DNA of 32,000 nucleotides, taken from the NCBI GenBank assembly GCA_016205145.1, contig JACQJH010000001.1, forward strand, positions 420,001-452,000, written 5' to 3'. The notes beneath the pieces are model-generated. The model had not been told where the DNA came from. It made no database searches and saw only the letters and a program-made list of their open reading frames with translations. A program made the position numbers and the translations under genes. This DNA comes from Candidatus Iainarchaeum sp. (lineage in GTDB: Archaea; Iainarchaeota; Iainarchaeia; Iainarchaeales; JACQJH01). Positions 16,892 through 24,208 of this stretch are shown here, piece after piece; position 1 is the stretch's first letter; each line of letters opens with the position of its first letter.

Positions 16892-16989
16892 TGGGTTGTT
16901 GTTAGTATTTGTTCCTTATTGATAATTGTAGAAAACGGTTTTAGGCGGTTTCGCCGGCAGTGTTTTTTGATTGGTTTTGTGGTGATTGG

Positions 16990-17430
16990 GTGATTTTTCC
17001 GGTTAGGACAACAGTCGGGCAGGAAAGCCTTGTCGTCGACATTTTGAGCAGCAAAATCCACAAAGAGGAGTTGAACATTTATTCCATCAGCGTCATTCCG
17101 GGCCTGAAAGGCTATATCCTGATTGAGGCCGACAACGAAGTCACTGTCAGGCGCGGAATAACGGGAACTCCGCACATCAAGGGTTCGGGCATAGTCAAGG
17201 GCGCCGTCAACATCGAGGAGCTTTCCTCGTTGCTTGAAGCAAAGCCGCTTATGCAGGCCATAACCGCGGGCATGAAGGTCGAGCTTGTTTCCGGGCCGCT
17301 GAAAGGCGAAAAGGCGGTTGTTTTGAGGGTCAACGAGACAAAGGAAGAGGTCACGGTTGAACTGCTTGAAGGCGTCGTCAAGATGCCGATTACTACAAAA
17401 GCGGAGAACATCCGCATAATCAAGGAATAA
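16990..17430 (+). CDS. spt5: transcription elongation factor Spt5 (NusG)
   Basis: NGN domain start IFPVRTTVGQE and KOW motif GMKVELVSGPLKGEKAVVLRV. GTG 16990 is preferred. The ORF-track start at 16960 adds 10 atypical residues. Confidence 0.88.
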   Translation: MIFPVRTTVGQESLVVDILSSKIHKEELNIYSISVIPGLKGYILIEADNEVTVRRGITGTPHIKGSGIVKGAVNIEELSSLLEAKPLMQAITAGMKVELVSGPLKGEKAVVLRVNETKEEVTVELLEGVVKMPITTKAENIRIIKE

Positions 17431-17497
17431 GCATTGCCGGATTGGCGTGCGGAGCATGGCATTTGGTTTTTAACGTTTTTTGAGGGTGGTTTGTTTT

Positions 17498-17971
17498 ATG
17501 CCGGAAATAGGTGTTTTGGTTGAAGGCGGAAAAGCGACAGCGTCCGCTCCGTTGGGCCCGGCTTTGGGGCCTCTTGGAGTTAACATCGGCGAGGTTGTCA
17601 GCCAGATCAACGAGAAGACAAAGGCCTATGCCGGCATGAAGGTTCCGGTCAAGGTAATAGTCGATTCTTCCACGAAAAGCTTTGAAATCGAGGTCGGAAG
17701 CCCGCCTATGAGCGCGCTGGTCAAAAAGGAAATCAGCCTGCAGAAGGGAGCCGCCAACCCAAAGCTTGAAAACGTCGGAAATCTGACAATGGACCAGGTC
17801 AAAAAAATAGCGGAAATGAAGCTTGACGGCCTGACATCCTATTCCATGAAATCCGCGGCGCGCGAGGTCATTGGAACGTGCAATTCCATGGGCGTTTCGA
17901 TTGACGGCAAGAAAGCCAAGGACGTGCAGAGGGAATTCGACGCGGGCAATTTAGATTCAGTGTTCGGCTGA
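17498..17971 (+). CDS. rpl11: 50S ribosomal protein L11
   Basis: VEGGKATASAPLGPALGPLGVNIGEVV and SPPMSALVKKE. ATG 17498 is preceded by GAGGGTGG. Confidence 0.92.
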   Translation: MPEIGVLVEGGKATASAPLGPALGPLGVNIGEVVSQINEKTKAYAGMKVPVKVIVDSSTKSFEIEVGSPPMSALVKKEISLQKGAANPKLENVGNLTMDQVKKIAEMKLDGLTSYSMKSAAREVIGTCNSMGVSIDGKKAKDVQREFDAGNLDSVFG

Positions 17972-19360
17972 AAGCCTTTTTATTGCCTCATCCATGTTTT
18001 CCCCTATTAGATAGCTTATTACTCCGCGGACTTTTTGTTCCAGGCCGTTTAAGCTTTGCGTGCGCCTGCTGAGTTCATTGAATTCGGCTTGCCCCATTCT
18101 TATTGCCCGGTTGAAGCCCCTTTGCGCGATTTCCGTGCCTTTTGGCCCGTATCCCTGGGCAATTTCGGAAAAGTTGTCAAAAAAGTCGCCGAGCACGAGC
18201 CTTCTAGAATATTGTTCAAGGCTTTTCCTTGTTTTTATGCCGCCCAGGCCCAGGCGTGCGGCATAGCGTTTGACGCTTAGATTATCCGGGGCTGAATCTT
18301 CGCCGTACCGCACGCGCCTGTCGGCATTGTCGAAATCCATTGAAATTTGCCTGTGCCCCAATCCCAGATAGCCTATGGCCCTAATCTGGGGCTCGTTTTC
18401 GAGTTCCGGAAAAAAGCGTTTTGCTTCCCCGAACACGCCGCCCTGCAGGTTTTCCCTTATCCTGTTTTCCCTTATGGCGTCGCTTTCGCGGGAAATGTAA
18501 AATTCCTTTTCAAATGCTTTTTGCAGGCCGGCAAGGCTCTCTCCGGCTTGCAGGCGTTTCTTCAGGCCCTGCAAAATCGCATTCGATTCCTCTTCAGCCC
18601 GCGAAATGCGTTCAAGATCCGTTGCATCGTAATATTCGACCGGCATTATTCTTATGCCCTCGCGTGCCAATTCCAGCAACAGCTCGGATGCGAATTCCCC
18701 AAAATTGGAAAAATCGGGGGACGACCTGTAATGGTTCCTGACGTAGTCTTCCGCCTCCTTTTCTGGCAGGCCCCTGTTTCGAAGCGTTTCAAGGGCCGAT
18801 CTGATGTTGGCGGTTTCCGCATTCATATCGGCGATAAACCTTTGCATGTCGGCTTTCTTGAGGTAGGGGGATTCCATAAGAAAAACGTGGTACGGCCTGC
18901 CTTCCGCCCTTGCCGTGCGGATTTTGTCGATTATGGGCCGGGCATCGTGTGCCCGGATGTGCGGGCCGAAAAGCATTGACACGTCCGCCCTGCGCTCGGC
19001 ATCAGCCAAAAAAGGTATTTTCGGTCTAAGAAATATTGCCCCTGCTGTTGCGAGCATTCCGGCTATCACGCCGCGGCGGGTTCGGCCGGTTTTTTCGCTT
19101 TGTGGCATTTCGCGCACGCGCCGCATTGAAAGGTCGGGCCGTGTTTCCTCTCTTGCCGTTTGGCCTGCCCTGTGCCATGCTGCGGCCATTCTTTCGCGGA
19201 GGCCCATCACGGTTTCTGCCGGTGCTGGTTGTGCTTGCGGCGCTGGCTGCGGCTGTGGCGATGGTTGCGTGGGTTTTTTCCTGCCTCCGCCGGTTCTTTG
19301 GCTTCCGCCCGGCCCCTGCTTGCGCCCGCTGTTTCGCCCATTTCCGCCTCTTCTTGCCAT
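17957..19360 (-). CDS. hypothetical membrane-anchored protein with TraB/Tiki/ChaN-like motif pattern
   Basis: 467 aa. The N-terminus is a disordered basic Gly/Pro/Gln-rich stretch (MARRGGNGRNSGRKQGPGG...PQPQPAPQAQPAPAE). One TM helix follows (GVIAGMLATAGAIFL). The domain then carries FGPH, HVFLMES, SRESDAIRENRI and YLGLGH in that order, reminiscent of the GxxH / E / R(D/E) / GxxH pattern of the TraB-Tiki superfamily. This was judged by eye only. Confidence 0.5.
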   Translation of the reverse strand: MARRGGNGRNSGRKQGPGGSQRTGGGRKKPTQPSPQPQPAPQAQPAPAETVMGLRERMAAAWHRAGQTAREETRPDLSMRRVREMPQSEKTGRTRRGVIAGMLATAGAIFLRPKIPFLADAERRADVSMLFGPHIRAHDARPIIDKIRTARAEGRPYHVFLMESPYLKKADMQRFIADMNAETANIRSALETLRNRGLPEKEAEDYVRNHYRSSPDFSNFGEFASELLLELAREGIRIMPVEYYDATDLERISRAEEESNAILQGLKKRLQAGESLAGLQKAFEKEFYISRESDAIRENRIRENLQGGVFGEAKRFFPELENEPQIRAIGYLGLGHRQISMDFDNADRRVRYGEDSAPDNLSVKRYAARLGLGGIKTRKSLEQYSRRLVLGDFFDNFSEIAQGYGPKGTEIAQRGFNRAIRMGQAEFNELSRRTQSLNGLEQKVRGVISYLIGENMDEAIKRLSAEH

Positions 19361-19549
19361 GCAGTATTTTTAGTGCTTCGGCGAATATATTTCTGCGTTT
19401 GTTTGCCGGTTTTTTTTGGCGGTTTTGGCCGGGGGTTTGGTTTAAATACTTTTCATTGAAATGATTTGGTATTATTTGATTGCGTTGGGCAGTCTCTGAT
19501 TGTTCAACCGTTATACCATGTCGCTCTGCGCATGGGAGGTTAGATTTGA

Positions 19550-20209
19550 ATGAAGCAAGGTGCAGTTGTTCAAGCACTCAAGGCAATGCGCGATGCCTCT
19601 AAGCAGCGCAAGTTCGTGCAGACCGTTGAAATGGTCGTCATTTTCAAGAACCTTAACATGAAAAAGAACGAGCACCAGATTGACCTGCGCGTCGAACTGC
19701 CGCACGCCACCGGCATGGGTTCGGGCAAGTCGCTTATTTTTATCAGGGACAAGACCTTTGCCTTCGAATTGAAGGGCAAGGTCGACCGCATCATAATGGA
19801 AAACGAGATTGAAAAGCTTTCAAAGAAGGATGTTGCCGCGCTCGCCGAAGAATTCGACCTTTTGCTTGCAGAGGGACCAGTCGCTTTGACTGTCGGAAAG
19901 TTTTGCGGTCAGGTTCTGGCGCCCAAGGGAAAAATGCCGAGGCCGGTCCCGCTAAATGTTCATCAGGTCCTGGAAATAGTCAAGTCTTCAAGCGCCGCCA
20001 CAAAGGTGTCGAACAAGAAGGGCAAAACCCTTGCATGCGTGCAGGCAGTCATCGGCAAGGAAAACATGTCCGACAACGATTTGGCCGACAATGCGGTCGC
20101 GCTTTACAATGCCGTTGTCAATGCCGTGCCGAGGAAAACGCAGAGCATCAAGTCGGTCATATTCAAGCCCACTATGGGCGCTCCGGTGAAGGTCGGTGAG
20201 GTTGAATGA
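19550..20209 (+). CDS. rpl1: 50S ribosomal protein L1
   Basis: KQRKFVQTVEMVVIFKNL.. and later ..GKMPRPVP... GGAGGT lies 9 nt upstream of the ATG. Confidence 0.92.
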   Translation: MKQGAVVQALKAMRDASKQRKFVQTVEMVVIFKNLNMKKNEHQIDLRVELPHATGMGSGKSLIFIRDKTFAFELKGKVDRIIMENEIEKLSKKDVAALAEEFDLLLAEGPVALTVGKFCGQVLAPKGKMPRPVPLNVHQVLEIVKSSSAATKVSNKKGKTLACVQAVIGKENMSDNDLADNAVALYNAVVNAVPRKTQSIKSVIFKPTMGAPVKVGEVE

Positions 20210-21120
20210 CCCGCCACGTTTCGTCCTGGAAGAAAAAGGAAGTCGAGGAAATCAGGAAGCTCGCGGGCCAGTATCCCGTCATAGCCATAGCTGATTTGGC
20301 GAATTTTCCGGCCAGCCTGTTCCAGATTCTGAGGAAAAAGCTTCACGGAAAGGCGGTTGTCAAGGTTTCAAAGACAAAGGTTATCAGGCGTGCCCTCTCC
20401 GAATCAAAAATCGGGTCAAAGCTTGACGCGCACACCAACAACTCGGTTGCGGTTATTTTCACGCAGATGAACCCGTTTGAATTGTTCGCTTTTGTCAAAA
20501 AGAACAAGGGCAGGATCGGCGCAAAGCCCGGCCTGCTCGCGCCCGAAGACATTGTCATTCCGGCAGGCGACACCGGCCTGCCGCCGGGTCCGGCTTTGAG
20601 CGACCTGAAAGCGGCTGGCCTGAATCCCAGGCCGCAGGGCGCAACAATCTTTTTGCCTGAAGACAAGGTTGTCACCAGGAAAGGCGAGCCTGTTTCAAAG
20701 GCGGTTTCAAGCGTTCTCGCAAAGCTTGACATCAAGCCCATCAGGGTTGGCTTGAACATTGCGGCAGTGCTTGAAAACGGCGAGGTTTTCACCGCAAAGG
20801 TTTTGGACATTGACACCGAAAAGGTTTTCGCAAACTTTGTTGATGCGCACAGGAAGGCGTTCAACCTTGCGGTCAACGCCGCTTATCCGACCAAGGCGAC
20901 AACCGAACTGCTTGTGCAGAAGGCCTTCAATGACTCTAAAGCGGTTTCATTGGAAGCAAACATCATGAATTCTGCGACAGTTGACCTGCTCCTGGCAAAG
21001 GCCGACAGGCAGGCGAAAGCCCTTGCGGCTTTGGTGCCCGAAGAGGCTGCTTTGCAGGAAGCGGGCAAGGCGGAAGAAGGCGTTGCAGAACCAAGGAGTG
21101 CGGACGGGAGCAAGGCCTGA
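20206..21120 (+). CDS. rplP0: 50S ribosomal protein L10 / acidic ribosomal protein P0
   Basis: SWKKKEVEEIRKLAGQYPVIAIADLANFPASLFQILRKKL. ATGA overlap with rpl1. The C-terminus lacks the usual acidic G-L-x-x-L-F-G tail. Confidence 0.9.
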   Translation: MTRHVSSWKKKEVEEIRKLAGQYPVIAIADLANFPASLFQILRKKLHGKAVVKVSKTKVIRRALSESKIGSKLDAHTNNSVAVIFTQMNPFELFAFVKKNKGRIGAKPGLLAPEDIVIPAGDTGLPPGPALSDLKAAGLNPRPQGATIFLPEDKVVTRKGEPVSKAVSSVLAKLDIKPIRVGLNIAAVLENGEVFTAKVLDIDTEKVFANFVDAHRKAFNLAVNAAYPTKATTELLVQKAFNDSKAVSLEANIMNSATVDLLLAKADRQAKALAALVPEEAALQEAGKAEEGVAEPRSADGSKA

Positions 21121-21183
21121 GTTTCGGCCTGAATTATTTTTCTTTAAATGAGAAAAAAATTGAAACATGTTTGAGGTGAAATT

Positions 21184-21489
21184 ATGGAGTACGTCTATGC
21201 TGCAATGCTTTTGCATTCGGCTAAAAAGGAAATCTCTGAGGACTCTGTTGCAGGCGTCCTGAAGGCAGCGCACGTCGAAGCCGACTCTTCAAGGGTCAAG
21301 GCTTTGGTTGCGTCGCTCAAGGAAGTCAACATAGACGAAGCGATTTCCAAGGCGGCTGTTGCTGTTGCGGCCCCCGCACAGGCGGCTGCGCCGGCGGATG
21401 CTGCAAGCGCACACAAGAAGGAAGAGAAGAAGGAAGAGCAGAAGTCCATCGAAGAGGCTGCGGAAGGCCTTGCCGGATTGTTCGGCTGA
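21184..21489 (+). CDS. rpl12: 50S ribosomal protein L12 / P1 stalk protein
   Basis: [17 protein letters not shown]..., an Ala-rich hinge, [10 protein letters not shown] and the terminal [15 protein letters not shown] Shine-Dalgarno-like motif upstream. Confidence 0.93.
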   Translation: MEYVYAAMLLHSAKKEISEDSVAGVLKAAHVEADSSRVKALVASLKEVNIDEAISKAAVAVAAPAQAAAPADAASAHKKEEKKEEQKSIEEAAEGLAGLFG

Positions 21490-21535
21490 AACCTTCCACT
21501 TTTCATTTTTTCTTCTTCCATTCTGCCTAACCATC

Positions 21536-21562
21536 GGCAAGTTGCCTTGCCGTGCTTTTTTT
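21536..21562 (+). terminator. hairpin + T-run terminator candidate after the L1-P0-P1 operon
   Basis: GGCAAG-ttgc-CTTGCC followed by gtgc-TTTTTTT. Confidence 0.4.
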
Positions 21563-21636
21563 ATTAATTGGGAGAGAAAAGCAGATGGGTACAGCGCGTA
21601 GCGGTGTGCCTGCCGTCGAACCAGCCGGATAAAACG

Positions 21637-21752
21637 CAGGGGTTGCACCCCTTGCAAACCCCTGAAACACGCAATGCTTACTCGGCTTATTGCGAAGCAA
21701 TAAGCCTTGGTTCGTACCCGCCGGACGTGACGGCGAGCCGGACGAAACCGGC
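21637..21752 (+). repeat. structured intergenic repeat, copy 4
   Basis: Hairpin 0 is CAGGGG..CCCCTG (21637..21664). TTACTC is at 21678. Hairpin 1 is GGCTTATTGC-gaa-GCAATAAGCC, followed by TTGGTTCGTACCC. Then come GCCG-gacgtga-CGGC and GCCGG-acgaaa-CCGGC, followed by TTTTT. Confidence 0.85.
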
Positions 21753-21796
21753 TTTTTGGAAAAAGATTTTAAACCCGTTCAAGCCTTATTCTTCTC

Positions 21797-24187
21797 ATGC
21801 AAAAATTTTTTTCAAGAATTTTGCTCGCATTTTTTCTGCTGTCGTTGTTTGCGGGCGCTTTTGCCGTAATTCCAGATTCTTCCATGAACATTTTTGCGGT
21901 CATGGACGACGGCAAGGCGATTGATGCAGACCTTATTCTGCGCATCGAGCCGGGCAACGGCATGGTCTGGAGTTCGGTGCGCACGCTTGTCGGCACTTCA
22001 ACGCAGACAACGGAAAGGATTGCCGTAGAGCTGGCGAAAAACTATTACAAGAACGTTGGCGGTTTTGACTACAAGTTTGACATCAACAGTTCGGCTTCTC
22101 TTGTGGAAGGCCCGTCCGCGGGCGCGGCAATGGCTTTGCTTGTGATTTCCTCTCTGCAGGACAAGAAGGTGCCGGCTTTTGTCGGCCTCACCGGCACGAT
22201 CAATTCGGATGGCAGCATCGGTCCGGTCGGCGGGGTCTTTGAAAAGTCGCGCAAGGCCTCGCAGATTGGCATAAAGCTTTTCATGGTGCCGCAGGGCGAG
22301 GCCCAGCAGATTGTGAAGCTGCCTGACGGCGTGAAGTCCATTGACCTGACGGAGTATGCGGAAAAAGAGTGGGGCATGAAGGTTGTGGAAGTGGCCAACA
22401 TCGACGATGCATTGAAGTTTGCATTCATAAATCCCGCGGACCTTCCGTCGGGCGCTTCCGCCCCGGCTTTGCCTGAATTCGTGCCCATTGCCCTTCCGCC
22501 GAACGATAACCTTGTTTTCATGAAGGAGATAAACGCCGATTATATCAAGGAAGCCGAACGCATGGTCGGCGAGGCCCAGACCGCGCTGTCGGGCACCACG
22601 ATTTCCGACCCGGCCATTTTGGATGTCCTGCTTTCAACGCTGAATTCCTCCAAGACGCTTGTTGACCGCGCCAAGATTTCCTTCGAACAGAACTATTTTT
22701 ACAGTTCCGCGAATTTCGCGTTTTTGGCGCAGATAAACGCGTCCCTTGTTTACGACGTGGCCGCGAATCCCGGCATTTTGTCGGGCAATTCCACGGTTTT
22801 TTCGTCGAAGGTCTCGGATTTGAATGAAAAAATCGCGGCTCTTAAGCGCAAGCTCGGGCAGTCGATTTCGGTTTCCAGCGTTGAATGGCAGGTTTCCGCA
22901 ATGCAGCGCCTCGCTTACGCGGAAAACAATGTCCGGAACCTTTTGAACCCGGAAACGATTGTTGTCACTGTCGGGGAAGGCAGTGACCAGTATGCCGCGG
23001 CATTCCAGAAAATAAACGATCTGGAGTTTGCGGTTGCATGGTATAACGTTGCCGATGACCTGTATTCCAAGACTGACAAGGAAAATCACCGTGTCAAGCT
23101 GGATGACCGTTTTTCGAAGGACCTCGACTCTGCCCTGGCGGAACTGGAAAAAAAGATGTCCTCATTGCCGGACAGCGAGCTTGAGGACATCCAGCGCAGG
23201 CATGACACCGTTGTCCTGGAAAAATCTTCCGGCTGGTACATTGCAGGGCTGTTTGACGCGAAAACCGCAATCGCGTTTGTCGACGCTTTCAATGATTCCG
23301 AGGGCAAAAGCCTGGACGAGTTGCTGCCAATGCTTGACGAAAAAATCGGCCGGCTGGAAAAAAGGATGCTGGACGGCAATGTTTCCGTTGCCTGGCCCAG
23401 GCTTTATTTCGACCACGCAAAATACTATCTTGACGCCGCCAAATTTTACCGGCAGCAGGGCCAGCTGATCAAGGCGTCTGATAACGCGAAGTCCGGCCTG
23501 TCATTGGTTTACCTGGCGGACAACCTTTACGGCCTCACTGTTGAAGCCGACAGTTATTATGCAGGCCTCTCGGAATCGGCGTTTGTTCCGGAGCCGTCAG
23601 CTTCGCCTGCTTCAAAGCCATTGCAGCCGTTTCTGCCATTCGGCCTTAATGTTTCAGGCTTTCTGATGCCCTTGCTTGTCATTCTGGTCGTGCTCATTCT
23701 TGCCATCCTGTTGGCGGCGCTTTTCCCCTTCGCCCGGCTGCATGACTCTGCCGCCGCCAACAGAAAACGCATTGACGCGCTCAAAGGCATGCAGTTGGAA
23801 TTGGACAAACGGCTTTTGGCCGGAAAGATTTCCAAGCCGGATTACTGGGAAATGCACCTCAAATTCGAGCGCGAAATCCTTGCATCCGGGCAGGCGCTCC
23901 TGGCCGAATCAAGGCGCACTGTTGAACTGGAAAACATCCGCGCCGAGCTTTCCGCTTTGCAGGGCTCAGTGCATTCGTTGCGCGCCGATTACAGGAAAGG
24001 CTTTGTCGTCAGGCCTGACTTTGAAAGGAACCTGAAACAGAAAAGCGCCAGGATTGCCGAGCTGTCCTCAAGCCTCGATTCTGTCGCGGCCGGCAAGCCG
24101 TCCAAAAAGCGCTGGCCGCAGAATACAAAAAAGGCAGTGGCATCCAAAAACCAAGCAGCCAAGCGCAAAAATAAAAAGCGGAAATAA
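21797..24187 (+). CDS. membrane S16 (Lon-like) serine protease without an AAA+ module, long helical ectodomain, C-terminal TM and coiled-coil tail
   Basis: N-terminal signal/anchor ILLAFFLLSLFAGAFA. Lon proteolytic domain with GPSAG (Ser107, nt 22115..22117) and FEK (Lys150, nt 22244..22246), spaced 43 residues apart as in the Lon Ser-Lys dyad. A second TM is LMPLLVILVVLILAILLAALF. The tail has two SHOCT-like G-K-I-S..(D/E)-(Y/F) segments and a Lys-rich end. Confidence 0.8.
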   Translation: MQKFFSRILLAFFLLSLFAGAFAVIPDSSMNIFAVMDDGKAIDADLILRIEPGNGMVWSSVRTLVGTSTQTTERIAVELAKNYYKNVGGFDYKFDINSSASLVEGPSAGAAMALLVISSLQDKKVPAFVGLTGTINSDGSIGPVGGVFEKSRKASQIGIKLFMVPQGEAQQIVKLPDGVKSIDLTEYAEKEWGMKVVEVANIDDALKFAFINPADLPSGASAPALPEFVPIALPPNDNLVFMKEINADYIKEAERMVGEAQTALSGTTISDPAILDVLLSTLNSSKTLVDRAKISFEQNYFYSSANFAFLAQINASLVYDVAANPGILSGNSTVFSSKVSDLNEKIAALKRKLGQSISVSSVEWQVSAMQRLAYAENNVRNLLNPETIVVTVGEGSDQYAAAFQKINDLEFAVAWYNVADDLYSKTDKENHRVKLDDRFSKDLDSALAELEKKMSSLPDSELEDIQRRHDTVVLEKSSGWYIAGLFDAKTAIAFVDAFNDSEGKSLDELLPMLDEKIGRLEKRMLDGNVSVAWPRLYFDHAKYYLDAAKFYRQQGQLIKASDNAKSGLSLVYLADNLYGLTVEADSYYAGLSESAFVPEPSASPASKPLQPFLPFGLNVSGFLMPLLVILVVLILAILLAALFPFARLHDSAAANRKRIDALKGMQLELDKRLLAGKISKPDYWEMHLKFEREILASGQALLAESRRTVELENIRAELSALQGSVHSLRADYRKGFVVRPDFERNLKQKSARIAELSSSLDSVAAGKPSKKRWPQNTKKAVASKNQAAKRKNKKRK

Positions 24188-24208
24188 TTTTTTTTTGTTG
24201 CCGCAAAA

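Noticed and set aside
16545-17457. ORFs 16545..16868(-), 16615..17457(-), 16622..16840(-) and 16742..16993(+)
   Set aside because: They read through the repeat hotspot and give repeated KKTLEKWRNAKSFF-type peptides, or run antisense to spt5. They are artefacts of the tandem repeats.
3607-21752. Repeat copies 1-4 as split-tRNA halves or additional intron-bearing tRNA genes
   Set aside because: I found no acceptor, D-arm or T-arm (GTTCRAAT) sequences flanking these copies on either strand. Only the 30506..30685 locus folds as a tRNA.
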